A stretch of 64,000 bases of DNA from Octopus sinensis. Lineage: Eukaryota. How positions within the stretch are numbered: position 1 is the stretch's first letter; every line of letters starts with the position of its first letter. Below the pieces are notes generated by a model that saw only the letters and a list, made by a program, of their open reading frames with translations, did not search any database and was not told where the DNA came from. The stretch is taken from contig NC_043012.1 of NCBI RefSeq assembly GCF_006345805.1, positions 48,670,001-48,734,000 on the forward strand, given 5' to 3'. Both the position numbers and the translations under genes were made by a program. This document shows positions 27,517 through 39,759 of the stretch, one piece after another.

Positions 27517-27670
27517 ATCATCATCAGTGTCTGTTTTCCATGCTGGTATGGATTGAATGGTTTCACTGGAACTGGTAAGCCAGTGAGCTGTTCCAGGTTC
27601 CATCCTGATTTTGGATTATTGCAGCTGGATGCCCTTAATACCAACCGCTCCAAGAGTGTAGTGGGTGTTT
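27517..27670 (-). mobile_element. retroposon family B 3' end
   Basis: atcatcatcagtgtctgttttccatgctgg...cagctggatgcccttaataccaaccgctccaagagtgtagtgggtg. Confidence 0.82.
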
Positions 27671-28027
27671 GAAAAACATTAGATTTGGAGTATTCACTTA
27701 TTACTGGTTTCAGACATGAGACAGCGACCATGCTACATTTTCAAGGGACATAATTCAAAATGGAATGAAATATTGCTAAACATTTTACTTTACAGCAGCT
27801 GTTATAAACACCATCAGCATTTATCAAACACCCCCACCTCTTGCTGGGGAAGGAGTTATTAGGAAATTTTCATTTGATTTACTTTGTCTCACCTGTTGTA
27901 GCATTAGAATGGTTGTGAAGTTCAGTGTGCTGATCAAGTTATGTTGACTGAAGCAAGTCTTGTTGCTAATATTACTAGCCATGATAAAGTAAATCTACGG
28001 TCAGAGGCTTCTGTCAGTCTTTCTTCC

Positions 28028-28227
28028 TTAGCCATTAGCATTTGAACCTGCAACACCTGGCCCAAATATTCTACTCGTTTTATGTTCAAGCTGGCCAGAT
28101 CTGGCCTCTCACATCTACCCTACAATGTCATTCTAAAAATAAGCATCACTTAGTTTTAAAACTTGCAATATAATGTATGGTAATAAGCATTACATGTGAC
28201 AAAAGAATCTGAATGCTAAATGGTTAA
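28028..28227. mobile_element. piggyBac-like MITE (family C)
   Basis: ttagccattagcatttgaacc...gttcaagctggccagatctggcctctcacatctaccctacaatgtcattctaaaaat...gaatgctaaatggTTAA. Confidence 0.8.
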
Positions 28228-29324
28228 ATACAATGATCCCAAAATCCTATTATGATTATAGGTTATGATTTGAGAGATTTGCCTAGTATTTCTAGCAGAC
28301 CAAGCAACCATGGAATGGCTTCCTTGGCTCACATCTGTAATGATTTGTACTTATATAGGAAGATTCTTGTAATTCATGCTTGCCTCCATTTAGTTGTTCA
28401 GATAAATTAATCCCTGGATATGATGGTATTACAAGTATCCTTTCCTCTCTCTCTTGAATGGCTAAAATAAAATACTACCAAACTAATATCCCACTCCTAG
28501 TAGCCTAGTGACAAGATATAAACAATCCCATCTGCTTTGAATACTTCCTTGACAAAAGAAAACCTGATTAAATTATGCCAGTATGGCAACTGTTAGCACT
28601 CCTATTCCAAATTTAAGCAATTAAAGCAAGTGTGAAGCATCCAGTTGTAAAATTAAAAATAAGCTTTAAACAATATGCAAAGTCTAAAATTGATGAAAAA
28701 ACAAACAAACAAACAAAATAAACACTTTCCTACACAAATGAATGACTACCATAACCAACAAGTTACTAGAGTGTTACTAATGCCCTTTTTTGATTACTAC
28801 TTATCTCTCTGCTTATCTGTTGCACTTGGTGACCAAGACTAAAGTGTGTGTGGGAGACCTCCCTTTGACATTCTCACCTTTGTACCTGGCATTTCTGCTT
28901 GACTTCATTAATTTAAATATTTAGTTTATATACTCATGGTTTTAGTCATGCCTTTGTTCTTTGTCTTCAATTATTTTAGTGAGGAAGTAAGATTCAATTC
29001 TTTCACTTAATAGAATGTGCATATTTTGTTGTTGGGTTTATTTTTGAAATTAGCTCTTTAAAGTCCACATTGAAAAAAAGTAAATGGTCTTAGTTTGAAA
29101 TAGAAATTAATTTTTTGAAATAATGTTAAGTTTCCCATTCTTCTTTCAAGTCAGTGATTGTGGCATCCCTTTTATCATGCTATTTAAATCTGGCCCATTT
29201 AACAAGAGCTAGTTCCTAATAAGATTTGATTGTTGGTATTGTAAATGATCAATATTTTTGTGAACTGGTTTGTTACTTAACAAAATTCTTGTTTACAACT
29301 TGCGGTTCTTCCTTCCAAGAAAAG

Positions 29325-29344
29325 GTGGGCATTCGGTGTAGTTG

Positions 29345-29376
<32 letters not shown>

Positions 29377-29585
29377 ACTACACCGAATGCCCACGTGACC
29401 TCGTGTGTACAGTTGGCGTTTTTTTCTTTTTTTTTTTCCCTCTGGATCTTTCTATGTTTCCGACGAACTCCGCTTGAAACGTTAAACCCTCCTTCTTTCC
29501 TGAGCGTCCAATAATACAATATTTGTTCCACGACCTCGCGTTGTTGTGTTTTTTGTGCTTTCTTGTTTGGATTAACTATATATAT
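29325..29585 (+). mobile_element. CpG-rich retroelement fragment, probably a Penelope-like pseudo-LTR with an inverted terminal segment
   Basis: A 20-bp perfect inverted repeat flanks (TA)n (29325-29394); the hammerhead-like core CCGACGA...GAAACGTT lies at 29460-29483; (TA)n on both sides; CpG-rich relative to the flanks. Confidence 0.55.
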
Positions 29586-30801
29586 TCTTAAAACATTATG
29601 TAATATATCTACTGCAATGATGTCAGATCTAACAGCAAAATTGATTTAGCACTTACATTAATGTTCATTTTCTTTTCAAATATGATATAGATGATCTATT
29701 GTGTATCCCACCAACTGCTATGGCTAAAGCATTTTTACCTGATGGTCTGTAGTGCAGAAAAGTGTAAGGATAATGTGTTTGTACATTTGTTAGATGTACA
29801 GCCTATTATTGAGACTAGCTGCTTGCTGGTTCGTTAGAAAAGGCCATTAACATTCAAATATACCAGTTCTGACACTTATATATGGTTAGTGTATATTATG
29901 AATATCTACTGTATAATAGGTATATATATATATATTATATATATATATATCTTTTAATCCCTAATATGTAACTTTTAGTTTGCTCTAAAAATGATTTTTA
30001 GTAAATATTGAAGTCTTCTAGTTACCTTTTTTCTATTTATTTGGAGTCCTATGCAGTAAACATCAAGGTGTAACTACCAAACTTATGCAATTACTATTTT
30101 GAACAAGCTTTTGTTTACAGATAAGTTCACTTTATGAAAGAGGGTCATTCATAGTGAAGCAGTTTTTTGGGGTTTCATATTATTAAATTACTGTCTGTTT
30201 AACAATTGTTAATGGCTTGCTACATCTAGTTTTAATGAGGTCACTGCTAAATAGTTACCACATTAGGATTGGGGGTTTTTTTTATGGTAAATTTAAACTT
30301 CATTTTATTGAAACTTTTCTCTACCCTCAGCTGTCATGCTAGTTCTAATCATAATCAGCAGCTGGTGACATTCACAAAGAAACTGTAGTCTTTTTTTCTT
30401 TTTAAGTTTTTGTCTGTAGACCTTAAATGACTCATCACCTGTCTAACCTTGTGACATAAAGTAAACACTAGCCGGTGTTTGGTAGTTTTCTTAACATTTA
30501 TGAACTCGCACACACAAATAACACCAGATGCTTGCATTGTGTTAAATGCATAGCTCATTAATTTTTTTGTGTGAATGTGTTCACATGTGCATGTGAAAAG
30601 AGTAATACAGAAAGAAGCAAGCTTAGTATTTGGCAGGTACAGACACAGCACTGAATATCTGAGTTTCTCATAGTACTTCCAATGCCGTTGAGGCTTTACA
30701 ACAGACATACATATGTCAGGACTATGAAACTACTTTCACACAATCTGTTCCATCTGCTCAAGAACATAAATTTAGGGAAAGTATCTGCATTTAATACTGA
30801 A

Positions 30802-31196
30802 TTGACCATTTAGCATTTCAACCAGCCATATACGGCTGAAATATTTTAGGTTCAAATTGGCCATATCCAGCCTCACTACTACCCTAGAACAGTGGTTCCC
30901 AAACTATGAGTCGCGACCCATCTGTGGGTCGCAAACGGAATCTTAGTGGGTCGCAAAAAGTTTTTAAAAATTACGCATTAGCTTTAACTGCTGTCTATCG
31001 AGATACAGTAGTTAAGTGGGTCATCATAAACTGGTGTGATAAATAGTGGGTCACGACTCTAAAAAGTTTGGGAACCACTGCCCTAGATGTCATTCTAAAA
31101 ATAAATCACATTATCAATTCCAAAGCTATGAGATAAATTCAAAGCAATGTGAGTAAATACGGATTACATTAGACAATCCAAATGCTAATGGTTTAA
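30802..31196. mobile_element. family C MITE interrupted by a hAT MITE
   Basis: Left half ttgaccatttagcatttcaaccagccatat...ctaccctag; right half atgtcattctaaaaataaatcac...aatgctaatggtTTAA. The halves are contiguous in the uninterrupted copy at 28028. Confidence 0.8.
30890..31080. mobile_element. hAT (Charlie-type) MITE, 191 bp
   Basis: Perfect 16-bp TIRs CAGTGGTTCCCAAACT / AGTTTGGGAACCACTG; 8-bp TSD ccctagaa / ccctagat (7/8, CTAG core); repeated subterminal TGGGTCRC motifs. Confidence 0.93.
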
Positions 31197-34012
31197 GGAA
31201 GGGTGCAGAAAAACTTCCCAGCAGCACATTTCAGATAGGTTAACATATATCGCTTAGAATAGATTCTAGAATATGGAAGTGAGTTTCGTACTGTGAAATA
31301 TTCAATTTTCTCCCTTCTATTTCAAGGATCAGCTGAAGTAGATGTAAAATTGCTGTGCCCTTGGACTATAACCACTGCCAAGTTTTGGTCTTTTTGCTGG
31401 TCTGTATTTCACAGCAAGCACACACTTTAGACAGTTTAATGAGAAGATGAATGAAGTGACAAATGCACTATTGGTCTGTGGGAAAGAGTATATTCTTAAT
31501 GGGATGTTAGAATCTAGTTTGAGTTGATATTGTATGGATAAGTGGTGAAACCTTGCCATGCATACAGGCTTATATTACAGAAATTTGTTTTTGTAAACTA
31601 ATCTCCAAATAATATACTTGTTGTTAAATGACATATTTTATATCATAGTTTGTGAAGTGTAACATCATTAGTTTCAGGTTTCCAATGGCCCAGTCACCGT
31701 TTCACTGTATCTCTAACGCACAATGACAAGGTGGTGTCTGTTGCTAATGTAACTCGAGGAACTTTTCCTTTAAAGTACTGGTTATTTAGTTTCCTCCCCT
31801 CTCTATCTTTAGAAATACATTGATAGGACACACACACACAAACTGGCTCCCAGATAGTTTTGTCTCTTCAATCTCAGTCACTAAGTATTAGTCCACAAGA
31901 AGCTCTGCTAGATATTTGCTCAACCCAAATGCCATGCAGTAGAATTGAACTCAAATCAGATAATAGCATTATCAACTTAACCAAGACATCTCTCTTTACT
32001 TGTCAGTTACCATACTTTTTTTCTTTTGTTTCACTGCTGATTACTGGTTTCTCCCCAGTTTGTAGAAGTTATAGGATTCCCATGTGTGTGAATTCACGTT
32101 GTGCTTATTGTTGGTACATTGCTTTCTCTTATATGGCTGTTTTTCATTATGAGTTATCTACATGCAAGACCATATATACCATTATATTATTGGCTGCCTT
32201 CACAACTTAGACTTGATATTATTAAAATTGGAATTTCTTGCCCTCAAAACTAAGAGGAAAACCCTCACTAATTTTCACAAGTTTGAATATAGATTATCAT
32301 TTGGCATATATAACTGCATTTTTAGTAAAATCTTTTTTAATGTAATTTCGATTCCTCTTAAGAGGAAGCATTGCTTTGTGCATTTGGTTTTTTTTCTTCT
32401 TTTTAACTTCAAAATTATCTTGGGTAGGATCTTCATATTTCGATATTTTCAAGGGGAAGTTAAGAATTTTTGTTCCTAAATTTGAAGTATTTGTAATTTT
32501 GCAATGTCATGTTGACTCTTAGTAAAATGGTTTTAACACGTAATCTCTTATGTTTCATAACTCTGATTCTAATGTGCTTTCGAATGTGATATCCATTGTC
32601 TCTCATTCTGCCTGTAAACACAAAACATATATAACCTTGCTATCTCACTACAGATTCTTTTAAATATCTTGTCTTGGATAAATCTGTCTGCCTCGCTGGG
32701 GTACATTGCAATCTTTGGAACATGTGGTAATCTGAGACAAGTATTAAAGCTTAAAATAAATCATATTTGAATATTCACAGTCAGTGGTTAAACTAGTAAT
32801 ATTTAATGTTATATAACCATTTCAAGTGGTTTGTTGCCAATGATACTGACTGTCTTTCCAGTTTTTGGTACTCTTTGGCAACAGTTTGCCACACCAGTAT
32901 TCTGAAACTTTTCTATACATTCTAGTTCTGTAGTCTTCCTACTCTTATGGAAAACTTAGGCTTATTCCTCATTGGACTATGCACAGCTACTGGCAACATT
33001 TTCTGCACTTTTACACACTGCTTTCAGTTTATCTTGTGTGTTACACTGGGGGAAGATCTTAAAATAGTTTGTTCTGGTATTTCACTTTGTATGGTTTGAT
33101 GTGGTTTCTGATAGTTGTCTACACTGAAGAAATCTCAGGTGTGTGTGAGTGTGGTTAGTGTATAGAATTTTAAAAATGCATGAAAGAACTATTTTGAAGC
33201 TTTGAATAATAAAACACATCCTTTGTAATACAGTGCCTGGCTATGGGAAAAATGTTATTGCCATCATGAAAAGTCATCAATATTTGTTGGAAGTGTGATG
33301 GTTTTAGTTATTTGGTATTTGTGGCTGCATTGTTTTGATATCCTGTGTACAAACAATCTGCATTTCTTAGGTTTTCAAGATCTCTTTTTCATGTCCAGCA
33401 GTTGAGTTATTTAGTTAGTAAAGTTATGTAAATAGTGAGGAAGTAACAGCCTCTGGTGGTGGGTAGTATTGAACCAGTCATTAATGCAAGCTATGTGTGG
33501 GAGAAATATACTGCCAAGATCTATGTGTGGGCAAAACAATGTGGTTCCTTGACTCTTGGTAATAACAGCTTAGTTTCCCTTAGATAACGTCTTAAACGAC
33601 AATGGGTTATGAAGTCTGAGTTACAGTATAAGACAGGATGGTCATAACTAGAATGATTGAATTGCTTAGTTAAAGCTGACATGGGGCTAAACAAATTAAA
33701 TTTGTAGTGAGTATTGGAAAGCTTGCTGACAAATGTTCTCACAAAATTTCAACTGCTATAGTTTATGAATTTTAGGCTTATGTTCTTGGATGTTCAGAAC
33801 TTTCTATCTAGATTCTTTTTCCAAGCTTTGTCATAGAAAGTTATGTTGGCTCTAAATGCCAAAGCTGTTTCAATTTTATATTTTAAGCAAGTGCACAATG
33901 GTATCAGGGTTAAAGGAATACTTGCCACATAATTTGTCTTGACATAATTTAGTCTGTTTGTGGGCAAATAGATGTGCTCTTAGAAAATTTGATCATGTGA
34001 CCATCTGTTTTT

Positions 34013-34018
<6 letters not shown>

Positions 34019-34067
<49 letters not shown>
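34019..34067. repeat. compound (TA)n(CA)n microsatellite
   Basis: Direct reading. Confidence 0.95.
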
Positions 34068-34949
34068 ATTCTCTCAACTCCTTCCCTCCCCTAACCATTC
34101 ATGTGAATAGCATCCGTTTTATAACCTCAGTTGCTAAAACAATCTTCAGATTTACCTAGAGCATCTCGCCCTTGCTAACTTAGCATAACTGGACAGCACA
34201 CAGCTTAGCTTGATGTAGTAACTATAAATATAATAGGACATCAAATAGTCATAAGCATAATCCATTTGAGACTAATTCAAATATAATAAAACTACATTCA
34301 TTAAACTATAGCAATTGTTTCTCTAAAAACATTTTGTATTAAAGTTAAATTTCTAATGTGTTAGATGTTGACTATTTTACTAGTATTTAAAACTACTAAT
34401 ACACATAATATACATAGTAATCTCCTACTGAGATGTAAAGTGATGGTGAGTAAGCTAATAGGGTTTTAAGATATTTAATCACTTTTGTGTAGGAGTTTGT
34501 TTTGGTAATAGAACATTAGTATTTAAAAAAAATGATTGCCCTTATCAGCTCTAGTGTAAGGAAATTCTGGATTAACTAGATGCCCCTCCCATATTTCTAT
34601 CTACTTTTCAGTTAATAGCTAGAAATATCTGTAGGGTATGTTATGCAGAATATTCTAGTGTTACCCAATCTTTCCGTTGCCAGTCCCATCTGAAGCACAC
34701 ACTACTGCCCTCCCCATCTTTTATGTAATGATTGAAATGAAGTCTACTATAGTTTTCATCATTGTCTAATGCCTACTTTTCTATTGCATCAGTCAGATGG
34801 AGTTTGAGGCAAGATTTTTTTTGTAAATTCCCTTCCAGTCACTGTCCTTTGTTTCCAAGCAAGGTAATATTTCCCTATGGCCAGACATGGTTTTGTTGAA
34901 TACTAGAAATGAATGACATTGCCCAACTATCGTGCTGTCACAAGGACAT

Positions 34950-35095
34950 GTACATGAGTGTACGCAAACACAAGCTTTCAGTTTCTGTCTACAAATCCCC
35001 TCAAAAGATTGACAGTTGCCCAAGGTACCACACAGTGGGACTGAACCCAAAACCTTGTCAGAATGTAAATTTAACTGCACAACCACATCTGGACC
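34950..35095 (-). mobile_element. SINE family A, 5' part
   Basis: gctttcagtttctgtctacaaatcc...gttgcccaaggtaccacacagtgggactgaacccaaaacc. Confidence 0.8.
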
Positions 35096-35479
35096 TCAAA
35101 ATGTAATTGGCACAAATTGTTGGTTAGAATGATTCTGTGGTACAAACTGCCTGATTTAAATTGATCCAAATGAAAATTTCACATTACTTCAAACATCAGG
35201 GTTTTTTGGGTTTTTTTTAACTTTAATTAAAAGCATTTCTAGAGATGCATAGTCACGAAAGGTTTTCTATAGCAGAGCCAATGATGAGTAAGCATGTCTT
35301 GTATATGGTTCCACCATTGGTAAAGTTGTAAATCTCTGTTGCACTACTTACATTGACATTCTTGGTTAAAATTTAGGTTACTTAGCTAAAATCTTTCTTC
35401 TCTTGATAAGATAATGGAAAAACAATACCTAGCATGGCTTCATTACATGGAGGAAATTTCATGTTGCATTGCAACTGCA

Positions 35480-36520
35480 TTTCATGCATTTTTACTTCAC
35501 TTACCATTTTCTCACTGATGGTCTCCTGTAATGTAATTTTTTCATCTTCTGTTTTGTCCACAAATGAACTTTTCTTCTACAGTCAGGAATCCTCAGTTTA
35601 GTCAAGTCATTAATTCTTGGCTCATTCTTATATTGTAGATGTGCACTGCAGGTACTTAGATTATCATATGTAAAGAATTGTGAAATGCATTTCATAAACA
35701 AGAATTGACAGAGCTATCTTCTGTCATGGTTTTGCTTGTGGAATTTAATTTTATTTATAAAGCTTTTGAGTGCAGTCTTCACATCAGTTAGATTAAAATC
35801 TTTCCCTTGCAGTTGCAGATTCAGTCCGTATATCTTGTCAAAAATATCAGTGAAGCTGCATTTCCACAAATAAAAACATTGTCATTTGCAATTTGTTCAT
35901 TAGGATTTATCTGTAAATATTCATTCAATGGTAATGTTTTAAAAGAAATATTGTGAACAAGTCTCTTGGTTTAGTGTTGTAATGTGGTCTTCCAGATTTT
36001 CAGTATTCTGTTACAGTATGACAATTACTTGGTGTATAAGGCCTAAGCTTTGTTTTTAAAACCAAAACCTTACTGAAACTAAACATGAAGACTAGTTACA
36101 CACTGAAGCTTTTCGGAAAACAACCTGTTGATAATTTCTATGAATTGCAGTTATATTGGGTATTCCCTTGGTGAATACCCAAATGAAAGCTTGGCAACTT
36201 GTCATAGATAGTAGTAAGATACAAAGCAGAAGGGGATATTTTTCAAGGTAACTTTTTTAATAATTGGAAAATTTTGTCGGTTTTATATTTAACATTTTAC
36301 TGCAAAGCATTTTTCTTAGATTTTCGTTTCTTTAACAAAATGCACATAGGCCTTCGATAAAACCTCATTACCTCATACAATTGATTTATCGAGCTATTGA
36401 CAAAAATGCATCTTGGAATTCCATGCAAATCTGATTTTCTGTAGCCTCTTCCATTTCATCAAGATACAGTGTTATTACTGAGATAAATTTATTTTTAAAA
36501 TATCTGCATCTTCTTCTTTG
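35480..36520 (-). pseudogene. decayed hAT transposase (ZBED5/SCAND3/Buster-like)
   Basis: Manual minus-strand translation: LSNNTV..DEMEEATENQIC (36482-36425), LDKSIV*GNEVLSKAYVHFVK (36395-36330; cf. LDEST..EALLLAYVRFV), TDIFDKIYGLNLQLQGKDFNLTDVKTALKSFINKIKFHKQN (~35850-35730), CSAHL..RINDLTKLRIPD; multiple stops and frameshifts. Confidence 0.8.
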
Positions 36521-38164
36521 AAGACTGGTTAGAATTTCAGAAACTGATAGTATTTATTAGATTATTTCATTGTGTTTTACTTTACATTTTTTTTTTGTTG
36601 GTTTATAGGATCAGTGGAACTTATGAATCATTTCCTCAATATTAAAACAAAATAGTATTTTATAAAGCAATGTTCATGCAAGTTTTAAAATGTTAATTTT
36701 ATGTGCAAAAACTCTGATATTACATAGAAGCTGATGATGTTATATAAATACTTTGCTGAAAGACTAAAATAATTCATTTGCATTTGTGATTTTACGAGGC
36801 ATAAATTGTTTTGAATGCATCAAAGAAATGATGCATAAAAGCTCATAACCTTGGAAAGTGTTGCTAACATGGAAATAATTAGTTAAATATGCAAATCTAT
36901 TTTATGACAACCCGTAACAAGAAAGCATGCATTTACTTCCTCTCATTCAGAGTATCCCTCTTTTCAACAAGGTTTTAATGCCCTCTCTTCTGTTGCCATG
37001 GCTTGCATGGTGGGGTTTTTTTTGTTTGTTTTTTAGGCAGTGTTTTATGGTTGGGTTCCCTTCCTGTCACCAGCCCTTTTACCCACTTATGACATGCTGA
37101 GATAGAGGCCCCTTTTCTAAAATCTAGATATGAATTCTTGCAAGTTATTCTAATTTCTTAACCTGTTGCAACAAGAAAAATTACTGAGAATCTTTATATT
37201 TTTCATAGCTGAAACAGTGATTTCCATATTCAAATGTATAAATTTATACATGCCTACTTTTACAACAAAATATGGTTGTAGCTTATAACCAAGGTATACT
37301 ATAAGGCATTCAACTAGAACATTTTTGTATGCTATATGAAACAATTGAATTGTAGGCAATCTTCATTGTTACTAAACAAATAAATATTTTTTTAAATGCC
37401 ATAAAATATTTTGTGACAATGTGAAATACCTGGTGTTAGCAGCTGTTCCAGCTCTTTTTCTGCAACAACTATCAGGCTCTATCAGCCCTTACCTTTGCTT
37501 TGGACAACATCAGTGGTATGCCATGGAACACTAGTGCACCCTATACGATTAGTTACGTTTTTAATTCAGGTGTGCCACTGAATTTTGAAAATGTGTACCG
37601 CAAGTAAAATAAAAATTGAGGCTAAGGAAATTAAAAGGAAGGATGGAGTTGGGAGGGTGTTAGAACTTGCTCTGGAAATTTTAGGGTTTTAGATCTACCC
37701 AGGGAAATTTAGCAAGAGCGGTATTTAACAGATCAAAAGATGGCTCAGAATTGATGTCTTTTGTTTATACATAGTATTTCAAATTCCAGAGTCAAAAGTG
37801 CCAAACACATGGTTAATTACAACCTTCTTGAATTGTTGTTAGTTAGGAATCGTTACTATTAATAGTGATAAATTTGCAGTACAAATAGAGCGCTGGCCAA
37901 AATGCTTTCAAAGTTGAAATACCTGCTAGTTAAAATATATTTTATCAATCCTGATAGGACAAAAGGTAAAGTATTGGTGAAATACTTGGATCAATTTGAC
38001 TTTCTGGAAAATTGCGACCTTGTATTAACATTGTTTAAATTCCTCTTTTCCATGCTTGCATTGGGTCGGATGGAATTTGACACAATTCCAGATGCACTTC
38101 CTGTTTACTTATTTATAGCCATCACATGATGTGAAATTAAGAATGCATACTGGCACACATACAA

Positions 38165-38325
38165 AACAAGGGTTCTTTCAGTTTCTGCTTACCAAATTCA
38201 CTCAAGGGTTTCATCAGCTGGTGGTTGTAGGTGGACTCCTGCCCAATGTGCTGCACAGTGAGGCTGAACACAAGACCACATAGTTAGGAAGCAAGATTCT
38301 CGGCCACACAGCCATGTCTGTCCCT
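38165..38325 (-). mobile_element. SINE family A, decayed 5' part
   Basis: ttctttcagtttctgcttaccaaattcactc...gcccaatgtgctgcacagtgaggctgaacac...ccacacagccatg. Confidence 0.75.
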
Positions 38326-38371
38326 TACGTAAGAAATTATTAGCACTAAACACTGTCCAGTGAGACTGGGT

Positions 38372-39109
38372 TTAACCCTTTAGCATTCAGATTACTCTGC
38401 TAAATCATCATTTAGCATCTGCTTTACATGCTGGCATGGGTTGGACGGTTTGACTGAAGCTGGAGAGCTGCACTAGGTTCCAATCTGATTTGACATGGTT
38501 TCTACAGTTGGATTCCCTTCCTAATGCCAGTCACTCCAAGAGTGTAATGGATGCTTTTTACATACCACTGTCACCAGCCACAACTACAATTTTACTTGAC
38601 GGGTTTTCTCACACACATCATGTTGCCAAATGTTTCAGTTGCTTATTGCCTCCGTGAGACTCTGTTCAAAGGATGCTAGTCACATGACACCAGCATCGGC
38701 CACAACTGCAATTTCACTTGGCTTGATGGTTTTTTTCTCAAGCACGGCATACCGCCAAAGGTCTTTGGTTACTTATTGCCTCTGTGAGAGCCAATGTTCA
38801 AAGGGTACTTTCTACATGACACTAGCATTAGCCACAACTATGAGTTCACTTGGCTTGATGGATCATCCTTCTCAAGCACAGCATATTGCCAAAGGTCTTA
38901 GTCACTTGTCATTGCCTCCTTAAGGCTCATTGTAATACTTATTCCATTCATTGTTTTGAATTAAGCGAGGATTGTCTAATAACTTTGAGATGTCAGTCGT
39001 ATTTTTGCAGAGATATTGTGTAGGTGTGGGAAGCTGCATCTGCCTAGTTTGAACACAAAGCAAGAATATTTTGATTAGTTATGGCTGGTTTTAAATGCTA
39101 AAGGGTTAA
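38372..39109. mobile_element. family C piggyBac-like MITE interrupted by a family B retroposon
   Basis: Perfect terminal IR TTAACCCTTTAGCATT (38372-38387) / AATGCTAAAGGGTTAA (39094-39109); the MITE body resumes at ~38931 (tgtaatacttatt...). Confidence 0.88.
38405..38930 (-). mobile_element. family B retroposon with three internal ~122-132 bp tandem units
   Basis: catcatttagcatctgctttacatgctggcatgggttggacgg... then units starting gccacaact at 38577, 38699 and 38831. Confidence 0.82.
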
Positions 39110-39759
39110 AGTTCAGTTATAGGCAGTGTTTCTGGAGGGTTTCTATGCCTTCTACATTTTCAGAAGAGAAAAGGAAATACAATATGGAAAACATTCCTTA
39201 ATGATTTGTCATTCACACCCAACCACATTGGATTAATAGGGATGATGAAATGAAAGTTCTTAAATTTCAGATGTGAGATTAAGGTCTTTATTAATCCATG
39301 CATTTTAATCCCTAATCTATTTCTGTTTATATGCCACTCTATCATTCTGATGACCTACTTTTCACTGCTGAAAGAATTCCTAATTCTGTATAGTACATTT
39401 CTTAAAAGTTGTTTCAAATTTCTTTAGTGTTATCTTCCTTCTTTATCATGCCTGCTCCACGTGTTTGCATGACTTTGTCAAATTAATAATATAGTATACT
39501 TCTATGCTTGGCAGTCATTTTTAATTGCATGTTGCATGGGTTAAAGGTTTTAGTTAGATCCCAGTTTCATGAACAAGGTTTCAAATTTTTTTTTATAAAT
39601 TTGCCAGTTGCATACAGTTTCTAAACTCCTGTAAATTACGTGTAACAATTTATATAATGCCTACAAAGAACATAGACAGTTAAAATTTAAAGTTAGAAAT
39701 GGAAAGACCTAAGAAATAAATTCTGGAGCTGGATTGAGTGATTGACTTTTTAAATACTG

